64,000 nt of DNA. Source: Octopus vulgaris (Eukaryota). Under the pieces are notes generated by a model. The model saw nothing but the letters and a program-made list of their open reading frames with translations. It was not told where the DNA came from and ran no database searches. Below are positions 1 to 12,035 of the stretch, in pieces. The position numbers and the translations under genes are program-made. The stretch covers positions 1,488,001 through 1,552,000 of the forward strand of contig OX597817.1 of assembly GCA_951406725.2 (NCBI GenBank), read 5' to 3'. Positions within the stretch are counted from its first letter, which is position 1. Each line of letters starts with the position of its first letter.

Positions 1-683
1 AATACACTCTCAATAAAATATATATGTGAATAATTGCTAGAATATATAAAAATATGTGTCAGTTTCAATGCATGTATGGTGTGAAATGGTTTTGATGCTT
101 GGATACGTGAGAGTGTTAGATATACATATCTTCCTCTCTTCTGCATATATCTAAGAAAGCTAAGTATTTTTCGATATTGCGATCTGATATTGATAGAGCG
201 CATGACATTATTTTCAGATTATAAACTTACTTCATTCCAATATATTTATCTTGTATATCTACAGTCTTCTTAACAATCTACAAAGATCAATGAGAAACGA
301 TAAGATTTAGCTCGAAGATATTTCTAAAATCAACACATTTCTCTTCAGGAGAATTAACCAACTTAAAAAGGGACTCGTAGCAGCTCACTCAGACCGTCAG
401 AAGTGGCAGCCAAATTATACCCAACCGTTGTTAAAAAGGGACACAGAATAAGGAACTTTTTTGGAGAATTTCAAGAAAACAGAATAATTATTCCTGGAAC
501 TCTTTTATCGTAAGTTAAGAAGTTGCTTCACATCGACGGGGTTTTGGGTTCAAGCAAGTGATTTCAGCAATATTCTCGGATTAGCTGACACCTTGTGAGT
601 GAAATTTAATAGATGGAAACTGCTTGGAAGCTCGCTGGAGATTTTGTTTAGAGTAGACCTACAACGAACCCCGGTTTATAATT

Positions 684-997
684 TTTGGCACTCCATTGGT
701 TATGACGGTAAGTGATCCAGTTGATCCTATCAACGGAACAGCTTGCTCGTGAAATTAACTTGCAAGTGGCTGAATATTCCACAGACACGCGTACTCTTAA
801 CGTAGTTCACAGGGACTTTTAGTGTGACACAGAAAAGGCTGGTCCTTTGAAATGCAGGTTCAACTCATGTTTGCCAACTGAGTGGAGCAACATGAAATAT
901 AGTGTCTTGCTGAAGGGCTCAACGCACCGACGGGAATCGAAATCACGACCTTACGAATGCGAACCAAATACCCCTAACCATTAAGCCACGCACCTTC
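684..997 (-). mobile_element. tRNA-derived SINE (family B), decayed
   Basis: Minus strand starts with an A-box-like GTGGCTTAATGGTTAGG and a B-box-like GATTTCGATTCCC, then a CORE-like CAGCAAGACACTATATTTCATGTTGCTCCA. Related head at 54315-54513. Confidence 0.75.
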
Positions 998-1515
998 ACC
1001 CGACTTATGTTACCATCTGGATACTTAAAGTTTCTTCTCTGTTGCAAGTATTCGAGCTATATCGCCAATGTGGCAGTACCTTCCCCAATACTCCCACCAT
1101 TTTTAAAAGCTTTATCCTACCTCTTCCGGACTCCAGTATCTGACTGGTACTTGATTTATCACCCCGAAGGAAGAAGTCTTTGTTACATATTCCTGCACAC
1201 AAAAATCTCAAAACCAACGGTGGTTTCATAATGGTATTCGCATTGCTACTGCCTCAGTAAAACAGGAATGAGGAGCAACTTCGAAATTCTGCATTTAAGA
1301 ATATCTGTGTTTGAAAATATTGATTCTGTCTTCTTTCAATCACATTTATTGATTCTGTCTTCCTTCAATCACATGTACTCAGACATTAAAAAAATAGACG
1401 CCACGCATTATACTGTTTTATCCGTGCGGGTACGGCACGTTGAATTATTAAAATTTATACAAGCCATATCTACTGAATACTCGCAAAATAATTTTGAAAA
1501 ATGATGGTAGTCATA

Positions 1516-1930
1516 GGCGTAGGAGTGGCTGTGTGGTAAGTAGCTTGCTTATGAACCACATGGTTCCGGGTTCAGTCCCACTGCTTGGCACCTTCGGCAA
1601 GTGTCTACTACTGTAGCCACGGGCCGACCAAAGCCTTGTGAGTGGATTTGGTAGACAGAAACTGAAATAAGCCCGTCGTATATATGTATGTCTGTGTGTG
1701 TGTATGTGTGTGAATATGTTTGCGTGTCAGCGTCTGTACCCCCAGCATCGCTTGACAACCGATGCTGGTGTGTTTAGGTCCCCGTAACTTAGCGGTTCAG
1801 CAAAAGTGACCGATAGAATAAGTACTAGACTTACAAAGAATAAGTCCCGGGGTCTATTTGCTCGACTAAAGGCGGTGCTTCAGCATGGCCACAGTCACGT
1901 GACTGAAACAAGTAAAAGAGTAAAGAGTAA
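1516..1930 (+). mobile_element. tRNA-derived SINE (family A), full length
   Basis: Head GGCGTAGGAGTGGCTGTGTGGTAAG...GGTTCAGTCCC, internal TA/TG microsatellite, tail GACTGAAACAAGTAAAAGAGTAAAGAG. Homologous to many copies in the window. Confidence 0.9.
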
Positions 1931-2898
1931 AGATTAGTTATTTACTTTGAAGTTGTTTGTTTATATGCATACATTTATTCATATATACGAAATGCAGCGC
2001 GGCATACAGACCTATACATGCACAAGCATGCGTGTATTTGTGCACGGAAGTGTAAGAGCGTCCCTGCCTCTGTATGTGTGTATGTGTCTTTGTGTGCGTG
2101 TGTGTGCATGCGTACGTGCGTCTGTGTGTGTATGTGTGTTTCTTATGATAGACTGTGCTCTGAGGCCAAGGTGTTATTTCTATATTGGAATATGGCTTAG
2201 AAATACAAGAGCTTCCTGTAAATCCACCAGCGTCTTGTCATTGGCGATCGGTTTCCTTGGTCATCAAGAACATTCCGTATCGAACCACTTACAAGCTTCC
2301 AGAAAATGCTCCGGTAATTCATAACCTCCACACTGATAACAATTGATAACAATTAGAAGAGTAATTCCAACCCCACCATCTAATAATTGCAGGAGATAGG
2401 GAGGGGCTCACATTCTTCATCTCAGGAGAAATTGTGGTGTCGCTAGTTCCATTTTCCATTACCTGTTCTACGACAATGCAAGCACAAAAAACAATAAAAA
2501 GAATTATCGAACTCTTACACAACTGTTACATTATTTATAATCGAAACGAAAAGGCAAGATTTGAACTCTGAAAGAAGCCGGAAGGATTACCACAAAGCAT
2601 TCTATCCGACGTGGAGAGTAATACGCAAGTTCTTGGCAACATATGGGTTCTGCAACTGTTTTAATGTGCGGCTGAAATTATTGCCTATCACTTATTACAC
2701 CAGGGACGTTTACACGCTTATCAGTGCTTAGGGAGCTTGCCTCCCTTGTCACTCAATGAGATGCTGGTTATTGTAGCTATGAGTTATTTTGACACTTATT
2801 TCTAGCAACACTGGTGCTGTATAACACCCTCAGCCGCTTTAGTGACATCATATATTTTTGCCTTTCGGTTGAAAAATTGCTACCAAGCCACCCTAATA

Positions 2899-2994
<96 letters not shown>

Positions 2995-3029
2995 CGAGAG
3001 AGAGGTTGTGGTGGCGAACGCGTAAATCA

Positions 3030-3580
3030 AGAGAACTGTGAAGAGGAGAGGAAAAAATTGGAGACAGGATGAAAAACAAGGAGGGGAGAAGTTTATGTGT
3101 CTGTCTGTCTGACAGACTGTGTGTTTGTCTGTTGTCTGTCTATCGGTTTATTTCTCTTTCTCATTCCATATATCCTCCAATTTTTTCCTCTCCCGTTCAT
3201 AGTTCTCTGTCTGTCACACTCTTTCCCTCACTCTTCCTCCCTTTCTCACATGGGTTCCACGTGACCATCGGCCATCTTTCTTCTCCTAACTCGTGTTTCT
3301 TTCTTTCTCTCCGTTGTAGCTGGATCAAGGAAGACGTGTTATTGTCTGTTTCATGTCCAAGCTTGATGTACACGTTCGCCACCACAACCTCGTTTAGGCT
3401 TAGCTCCCATTCCTGTTTGTTTTCGCTGTCCTGTTTGTGTTACCAATTTTGACACTCCGCAACATCCCAAATTTTATTTAATTAGCTTTGCGGGAGCAAC
3501 TGTTTTATCGAAAGCGAATCTTGTTGTTATATGCTCGAAATACGAGAGTAGAAAAACAGCCAACAACTGATGAATTTATG
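3030..3580 (+). mobile_element. Microsatellite-embedded repeat with 5' inverted segment (homologue at 14162-14518, minus strand)
   Basis: 3030-3063 is an inverted copy of 3175-3208. About 3425-3575 aligns by eye with the reverse complement of about 14270-14415. Flanked by (TA)n/(GA)n. Confidence 0.6.
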
Positions 3581-3761
3581 CGTATAGATGTAAGTATGTA
3601 CATATACGTATGTATATATGTATATATATATATATATATTATTTATATTAATATATGATTGAATGCTTGGTATCCTCTTCCAAGTAAGTTATGCATACAT
3701 ACACACACACATATATATATGTATGTATATATGTATGTATGTATGTATGTGGGTGTGTGTG

Positions 3762-3826
<65 letters not shown>

Positions 3827-3829
3827 GTG

Positions 3830-4030
3830 TGTGTCTTTGTGTCTGTGTTTATTCCCCTCTCCATCGCTCGACAGCTGGTGGTGGTGTTTTTACGTACCCC
3901 ATACGTAGCGGTTTGGCAAAAGAGATCGATAGAATAAGTACAATGATTAAAACATTTCCTGGGTTCGATTTGTTCGGATAAAACCTTTCAAGGCGGTGCT
4001 CCAGCATGACTGAAATAAGTAGAAAAGATA
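3830..4030 (+). mobile_element. SINE family A, 3' half
   Basis: GCGGTTTGGCAAAAGAGATCGATAGAATAAGTAC...GGCGGTGCTCCAGCATG matches 1790-1920. Confidence 0.8.
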
Positions 4031-4050
4031 AATGACAGTAAGTTCAAATG

Positions 4051-4205
4051 GTGGAGGTAAGTCGATTACATTGACCCCAATGTTCAATTGGTACTTATTT
4101 TATCGACTCCGAAAGGATTAAAGGTAAAGTCGACCTTGGCAGAATTTGAACTCAGAACGTAGAGACGAGCGCCCGGCGTTCTAATGATTCTGTCGGCTCG
4201 CTGCC
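4051..4205 (-). mobile_element. SINE family C, internally deleted
   Basis: AAAGTCGACCTTGGCAGAATTTGAACTCAGAACGTA matches 39307-39538. Confidence 0.75.
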
Positions 4206-4660
4206 TTAGTCATCTTTCAAATATTGGAACATCCATAAACCAAATTACATTGATATCGATCCCATTTTAACTTCCAATTCCTTTCTCCTCCACCAACGAA
4301 TCATCAAATTTCCTATCATACCTTCTTCACTTGTCACTCGTCCCCGGCATCGATATGTAACTGCCGGGAAATAAAAAAAATTACCGTCGTCGTATCTGTA
4401 ATGTCTGATATTCATTTGACAGTTACAAACTGGCGCAGTTATCTGAGAATACAGGTTAAAGCAGCAATATATCATCTAGGAGACATGGGCTCATTTTTTC
4501 AACAAGTATTCACTTTTGGTTTATCATTTATGCGTTTTATTTGTATACATCGTATTTACCTTGTCACATTGTTTACATATCAAATTTATGATCTACGTTG
4601 AGACTTAGTTTAATACTAAAGTGCTACACACACGCACACATATTTATTTATGACTTTTAA

Positions 4661-5152
4661 TTTTTTATCTTCTACTGGTTTCAGCCCAGGGCTGAGTTCA
4701 TGCTGATGCACCACCTGTAGTTATTCGCTGTTGTTTCCGATATTGTTTTTGGTGAAGTTTTGGACGGAGCTGCTCATCTTTGCGTCTCCTGCCGCGATGT
4801 GGGTTCATCTGACATCTCAGATAGAAACCTGTTCAGACGTTCCTTGAAAACTTCCACATCAACACCATGTAGATCTCTAAGGTTGCCTGGAAGGATGTTG
4901 AAAAATAGCGTGCCCTTGGAACCGATACTATTGCAGTACTGTGTCCTTATTTTAGATGGGGAAGACGTGATATTTGGTATGATGCAGTGCCGTCCAGCTC
5001 GAGGATTGGAATAGCTAAACCCTCTAAGATCTTCCATATCTATATCATCGTGTATCTCTCTCGTTTTCTCTCCCGGGAATAGAGACTCAGCTCATTTAGC
5101 CCCTCCCTGTCGCCCATCTTTTGCATCGAGTCAATCTTCTTTGTGTATTGGC
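4661..5152 (-). mobile_element. 5'-truncated CR1/L2-group LINE, 3' end
   Basis: Minus-strand translation gives RERYTMIYIWKILEG...GRHCIIP...LFFNILPGNLRDLHGVDVEVFKERLNRFL, typical of a post-RT ORF2 C-terminus. Followed by a short 3' tail similar to the SINE A tail. Confidence 0.75.
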
Positions 5153-5155
5153 ACT

Positions 5156-5787
5156 ATATATAATACAATTTCACTGAACCTTTTATATGCTCGACCACTG
5201 GTGATGCTAATTAAATTAATATCAAATTTCTCACACACATTTTAAATATAAATTTAAATTAATACGTTCCCTAACAGCCAAAGGCCACTGCAGTAAATTA
5301 TTTTCTGCAGTATCATTTCTTCCGGTAATTTAGCGCACCAAGACGAGGACATTTGAATAGTAACCACGAGTGTAATGGGTAGAACTGTTTACAAATCTGA
5401 CTTTGTGTGGACGTCTTAGTATACAGTTCTGCAAATTATATTCATTTGGACGGTCACACTGAAGATCTACAAACATTTTACGTTAGTAAAATTACGTAAT
5501 ATGGTAATAGTGAAACATGTATGTGAATAATCCATATTCCTATTGCTTTTCTTTTGTCTTGCTCGATTATGTTTTGATTGTTTGCTAATTTTTTCTTGAG
5601 AACATTTCTTAGTGGTAAGACCATAGCGGATCTACTTCTAGCATAAGGGTGTCCACATAGTGGTTATCCCTCTCATATGTGTATAATACAATTTTACTGA
5701 ACCTTCAGTTTGTTTATATGATAGACCACTGGTGTGAAATTGATGTTAATTAAATTAATATCAAATTTTTCACCCTCATTTTAAATT

Positions 5788-5792
<5 letters not shown>
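5156..5792 (+). mobile_element. HHR-bearing retrozyme/PLE-like element, about 1.2 monomers of about 523 bp
   Basis: About 100-bp imperfect direct repeats start at 5159 and 5682. Internal HHR at 5454-5526. Ends in a (TA)n tract. Confidence 0.7.
5454..5526 (+). ncRNA. Minimal type I hammerhead ribozyme motif
   Basis: Stem I TCACA/TGTGA, core CTGAAGA, weak stem II (CTA/TAG), then GAAA-C-AT-G-TA (palindrome ACATGT, GUA site). Confidence 0.7.
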
Positions 5793-5860
<68 letters not shown>

Positions 5861-5927
5861 ATATACATACGTATATATATATATATATATATATATACAT
5901 ACATACATATGCACACACGCACATATA

Positions 5928-5963
<36 letters not shown>

Positions 5964-5975
5964 TATATACACATA

Positions 5976-6176
5976 CGAGGGGTGCTGAAAGTTTCTGGTT
6001 TTGGGTAAAAGAAAATACAGGAGGATCAGTTAATTATAATTTTTTTATTCAACCTATTCGCATCTCAGAATCACTCGCTTCATTTTTCTAAGCCATGTAA
6101 AAGAACTCGGAAGCTTGGGCCTCCAACCAGGCCTTTTGCGAGACCCTTAAAGCTAGAAACTTTCAGCACCCCCTCA
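5976..6176. mobile_element. Mariner-type MITE
   Basis: Terminal inverted repeats GAGGGGTGCTGAAAGTTTCTGG / CTAGAAACTTTCAGCACCCCCTC, TA at the left end. Confidence 0.75.
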
Positions 6177-8204
6177 CTATACACATGCATGCACACACGC
6201 ATACATTCACGTACGCATACACAGATATACACAGACACAGACACACACGCGCGTGCACACACATACACACACATATTTTCAAAGGAGTCGCTGAAATTAT
6301 GTGTCGTAACAATAGCTCAACAGTGACAATGGTTATTTGGTAGCTGTAGTAGCGGGACGTACACTGTGACAGGCCCAGCCAAGCTATAAAGGTACTGGAC
6401 TACTGACTTTACGGAAAGACTATCTCACTGAAGCGGGTCCATAGTCTATTCGCAAGAAACTGGAAACTAACGAAACTGAAGAACTCATGGTTTTCCCGCC
6501 CAGCCAGCGGGTTGGCGTAATTTGAAATTTAAGACAATGGGAGGAAAATGGACACAGTATGCTGCTGGTCAATCGGACCCCTCTTTGGCGATGGTGCAAA
6601 ATCTGAGTGACCAGAAGCTGCTGAAAGTCTCGGGTATCCGAAGGCTGCCCACGAATCAGATAACTAGCCTTGTCTAAAAGAGTTGTTCTTTGGCAAGAAG
6701 AAACTGACGCTGGTTGAAGAGGGAAGGAAAAGTCTCAAAAGATGCAACAGAGACGGCACTTTATAGGTCAGAGGTTACGACGCTTAAAACGTCTACTGGA
6801 TTAAAAGAAACGTCGGCTGGCTTAAAAACACACCGGACAGAGTAGATAAGCTAGTGTTAAATGTCTGACAAAAAGATTGGAATGATTTGTTCATAAATCA
6901 ATTCATATAGCGAAGAAGAACATCAACAATCAAAACCCTGTCAACTATTTATGTTAGGCTTTTGAATTGCTTGTCATTCCATTTTGAGATTCTCAGTTTC
7001 TTGCTTTCAGTTGAGACTTCGATTCCTTGTCGGAAATGCACGTGACACTGCTTCGACGATGATTATTCGAGCTTTTTGATCAGCCGGACTACCTACTCAT
7101 TTTATAAGCGTTGAAGTGGCTGAGTATATCAAAGTAAGATGTACTCTTAACCCTCACGTAAAACCAGTGTTTGATAATGCAATTTCATCGATAGCTACGA
7201 ACCATCTAACAGGCTTACAGACTTTCCATCAGCTAATTAGCTCATCTAATTAATTACTACACGAAGTGTAGTAAAGAAACATCATTTACCCCGTATGTGA
7301 TGCAGTGCTATCGAACTTGAGATCTCACGAGTGTGAAACTAACTTTTTTTACCAAAAGGACATACCTATTCTCATTTATCAGTCGTGCATATACACACAC
7401 GCACTCAAATGTATATATGTGTGTGTGTGTGTGTATCTGTGTGTATATATATATATATGTATGTATGTATGTATACACACACACACACACACATATATAT
7501 ATACCTACGTGCATGTAAATATATTTGTGTCAGGGTATAAATATACACCAGTCTATACGGATATGAATATGTATATATGTATATGTACATATGTATATAT
7601 GTATATACACATACATATATACATATGTGTGTATATGCGTGTGTGTGTGTGCCTTGATATACTGCTTATTTGCTCTTTTATTCAGTCTGATATACACATG
7701 ACTAAGTGTTTACCTGTGTCAGTGTGGATAGCGGAAGTATGTGTATGATTATGCACAAACACAGACGCACACATGCACGCACACACACGTGCACATACAC
7801 ACACATACACTTGCGCGTACACACAGACACACACACGCACACGTAATGACTCACAGGTACCAAATCAGAAAAGGTATGTCATTGATTTCCTTATCGATTC
7901 CATCTCCCAATCTGTTTCCCCCACCCCCACCCCGTTTTGATGGCATCCGGTATTTCTGTCCAATCATGTGTGAAATCTGAACAGGATTTCATGTCCGTTT
8001 ATCAACAATCGGTCGATGCATAAACATGAAGCTAAAGTTGTTTTGGTGGTGGTTGTTGGGGTGGGGGTGGGGGAAGAGAAACAGGAAGTTGTAAAATACC
8101 TTTTCAAGTACATTGATCCCATAACTGAACTGAAGCAATTTAACTGGGAATCGAAACCGTGTTTCGCTCTGAAGTCACATTTTTCAATAAAAATAATTAT
8201 TATC

Positions 8205-8412
8205 CTTTCTGCTATAAACACAAGGCCCGCACTTTGGGTGAAGGGGCCTACTCGATTATATCCACTCCTGTGTTTAACAGGTACTTATTTCATTAAGCCC
8301 GGAAGGCCAAGTGTACCTGGGCGTGATTCGAATTGAGGACGTAAAGGAATGCCGGAAGAAATGCCACTAAACACATTTTCCGGCAATCTGATGATCCTAC
8401 CAACACACTGCT
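8205..8412 (-). mobile_element. SINE family C, degenerate
   Basis: CACAAGGCCC...GGTACTTATTTCATT...GAATTGAGGACGTAAAG resembles family C. Confidence 0.5.
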
Positions 8413-8639
8413 TGATTTATAGATATACATAAAGCAAAAGACTCCCCTCTCATTTCTTTCTCTTCCTCTCCACCGCACTTCCTCACTACCCATTTGTGTA
8501 TATATTTATATGTATATACACATATATTTATATATGTGTGTGTGTGTGTGTGTGTGTGGTCTTTCATTTGTTTCAGTCATTTGATTGCAGCCATGCTAGA
8601 GCACCGCCCTTTTTAGTCGAACATATCGACCCCAGAACA

Positions 8640-9765
8640 TTCTGCGATTCGCTCGTCATCTCTGCAACGATATTAAGACGGCGAACTTTGCGCTGCATTC
8701 TCATCTAGAAGAAGAGATGGAAGACTGGAGGTGCTAAATCTGGTGAATAGGTTGGGTGCGAAAGGGGTACTATGTTGTTTTTGGCGAGGAATTCACGAGT
8801 GAGAAGATCTGAGTGACAGGGTACATTGTCGTCGTGAAGAACCCAATTCTTCACGCTCCACAGATCCGGTCGCTTTCGCTGAACCTCCTCCCCCGAGCGC
8901 TTCAAAACATTGCAGTAGAACTCTCGATTGACGGTTTTAGCCCTAGGGGACGAATTCCCGATGCACACTACCGCTGATGTCGAAAAGTTGATGTGCATGC
9001 TCTTGGGTGAGCTGCGGCTCTGTCGTGCCTTCTTCGGCCGTGCAGACGAACGGCTCTTCCGTTGTGATTACTGCTGCTTCGTCTCAGAGTCGTACCTGTA
9101 GACCCAGCTCTCGTCACCGGTGATGATCCGTGGCATGCAGGATGGGCCATTAGCGGCACGCTGACGGAAATCTAGACAGATTTCAACACGATGTTCTTTT
9201 TGTTCAGTGGACAAACTTGGTAGAGACACGTCGCATGTTCAATTCAGACGTTAGCATTGCATGCACGGACCCATACGAGAGGCCAACAATATTAGCAATA
9301 TCGCTTATTGTCCTCTGACGATCCCGTGCACAAGATGAGGAATTTTCTTTACATTTTCAGGAGTAATGCTCGTGGACGGTCAGGTCCTCCAGATCCCTCA
9401 TCGTCTTCCAGGAACGTTCTTCCGCTTCTGAAGCGCCCATGCCACTCGAAACATTGCGTATGACCCATTGCCTAGTTGTCGTAAGCTCGCCGAAACATGC
9501 TCAATGTCTCTGTAACAGACTTCCCAAGTTTAACGCAAAATATCCCGATGGCTCTTTTCTTCTAACTTCTTATCCATGACAAAATCGCAGATTACATCAG
9601 ACACGTGTTCACAAAAACATAAATTTCACAACTTGCGAAGTAAACACGGCGATGTCACTCGGCACACTGCTTCAGGATGGTCACTTCTAGCTTTCATTGC
9701 GCACGCAACCGTGTGCTGCAACCTTTTGGCATGCTACTGAATTAGTTCAGGAGCTTTTTGATACA
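8640..9765 (-). pseudogene. Mariner (DD34D) transposase relic, frameshifted and 3'-truncated
   Basis: N-terminal HTH remnant FCVKLGKSVTETL...CFEWHGRFRSGRT and catalytic region WVLHDDNVPCH...HPTYSPDLAP. A SINE A tail (about 8560-8637) abuts it. Confidence 0.9.
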
Positions 9766-9903
9766 CACACATGGATGTATGCATGTTTCTGCATTTCCTC
9801 ATCAGGAACATTATGAATATCGCAGACTCGATTTCCAATTGATGTTCAGAATGCTTTTCTTATTTGTTCAGTTTGTTATGTATATCTGCATATATATATA
9901 TAT

Positions 9904-10307
9904 TCTCTTTACTCTTTTACTCTTTTACTTGTTTCAGTCATTTGACTGCGGCCATGCTGGAGCACCGCCTTTAATCGAGCTTATTCTTATTCTTTTGTAA
10001 GCCCAGTACTTTTTCAATCGGTCTCTTTTGCCGAACCGCTAAGTAACGGGGACATAAACACACCAGCATCGGTTGTCAAGCAATGCAAGGGGGACAAACA
10101 CAGACACACAAACACACACACGCACATATATATATATACATGTATACGACGGGCTTCTTTCAGTTTCCGTCTACCAAATCCACTCACAAGGCTTTGGTCG
10201 GCCCGAGGCTATAGTAGAAGACACTTGCCCAAGGTGTCACGCAGTGGGACTGAACCCGGAACCATGTGGTTGGTAAACAAGCTACTTACCACACAGCCAC
10301 TCCTGCG

Positions 10308-10309
<2 letters not shown>
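9904..10309 (-). mobile_element. SINE family A, full length
   Basis: Reverse complement of 1516-1930. Confidence 0.9.
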
Positions 10310-10344
<35 letters not shown>

Positions 10345-10517
10345 TGTACATTGAACACATAAGTGATGGCCATAATAGGACATCTAACCCACTTGAAGGA
10401 ATAGTTAAAATCCAAACCACTATTAGGGGTAATTTCGAAAGGGAATGAAAAATAAAATTATTTACAATCATATATATATATATATATACTTTATTAAAAT
10501 ATCAGCTTAAATATCAC

Positions 10518-10565
10518 AAAAACTGTTACTCAGAGTTTCACGGTCCCGTTCGTCGAACAGTTTTG
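10518..10565 (-). ncRNA. Minimal type I hammerhead motif with a mutated core
   Basis: Minus strand: AAAACTGT-TCGACGA-ACG(GGAC)CGT-GAAA-CTCTGAG-TA-ACAGTTTT. 8-bp stem I; core reads TCGACGA. Confidence 0.6.
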
Positions 10566-11365
10566 TTTATGTACTATTTTTTCCACCTTGTTTCGCATTT
10601 ATGTGCTTACTCCGGTATATATATGCACACACACACACACACACACACACACGAGTGCGCGTGAGAGCACACACACATAAACCCAATGCATACCATTTAA
10701 TTTCAAGAATGGATTAGTTAGCAACATGCAAACATCTGGAATAAGTTTTAAAAATTGCCGACTCCAGACGAAAAGATGAAATCAGAATTTGTATGAAACC
10801 ATATGTGGCTATGTGAGCGAGCGTTCTATTGGCTTTGATATTAACTGTCATCTGTAATATTGACATCAACGTCAAAAGAAGCCGATAGTTAATATCCAGG
10901 ATTTGATTATTTTCTCATTGTCTGCTCATTATACAATCTTGAGAGGAACAGGCAAGCAAGAACTAGAAAGTGTGAGAGGGGGTTTTATGCGCGCGCATGT
11001 GTGCGTGTGCGTGCGACCTGCTTTTTGGATTGGTGTGAAATACTAAAACAAATATTGGATGCAAAAATTGTATACAAGCTTTCATATGTATACCGTCGGA
11101 CACATACTGAAAATATATTTAGCATGAATATCGAATAGAAGCTCTGCCATGTCTGTCTGTCGATTTGTCTGTCTTGGTGCCAGTCTGCTTGTCTTGCTGT
11201 CACTCTGTCTATCTATATCTATAAATATATACATATACGTACATATATAAAGCCTGTATAAGCCCAAACGTAAAATGCATATACATACATGCATACATAC
11301 ATACATACATACATACATACATACATACAGACAGACAGACAAGCAGGCAGACAGACAGACAGACA

Positions 11366-11400
<35 letters not shown>

Positions 11401-11408
<8 letters not shown>

Positions 11409-11987
11409 GTTGTATACTGTCAATCTAACACGAACGTGAGAGTAGAGGGGTACACCACCGCTGTATAGCCCTAGGAAGCATCGAACGCCTCCTGATGGCT
11501 TTGACACATTTTTCCCTGTGTCCTTATATACATTTACGAAGGGGAGACAAACACCCCCGGCCACCATTCTATCGCCCCACCACCGTACATGTCTCTACGA
11601 GAGATTTAGAAATTCAGTATTTCTTATTTTGATAATCAGTGAATAGACTTCACTGAATTATAGATATATACAATTACGAAGTCGAGGCAAATATCACCAG
11701 CCGACCGGTGTCTGCTACTCTAGGCCGATGAAGGACAATGATCCTGAAACACGTGTCCCTAGATGCAGCTTCGGCGGCCGGGGGTGTTTGTCTCCCCTTC
11801 GTAAATGAATATAAGGACACAGAGAAAAATGTGTCAAAGCCATCAGGAGGCGTCTGATGCTTCCTAGGGCTATACAGCGGTGGTGTACCCCCCTACTGTC
11901 ACGTTCGTGTTAGATTGATAGTATACAACCATTCTATCGCCCCACCACCGTACATGTCTCTACGAGAGATTTAGAAATTCAGTATTT

Positions 11988-11990
<3 letters not shown>
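11401..11990 (+). mobile_element. HHR element: 162-bp 5' inversion plus about 1.2 x 365-bp monomer, inside (TA)n
   Basis: 11401-11562 is the reverse complement of about 11776-11937. Direct repeat starts at 11563 and 11928. (TA)n on both sides. Confidence 0.85.
11719..11763 (+). ncRNA. Minimal type I hammerhead ribozyme (U4C core)
   Basis: TCTAGG-CCGATGA-AGGA(CAATGA)TCCT-GAAA-C-ACGT-G-TC-CCTAGA. Stems I and II pair perfectly; predicted cleavage after C11757. Confidence 0.85.
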
Positions 11991-12035
<45 letters not shown>

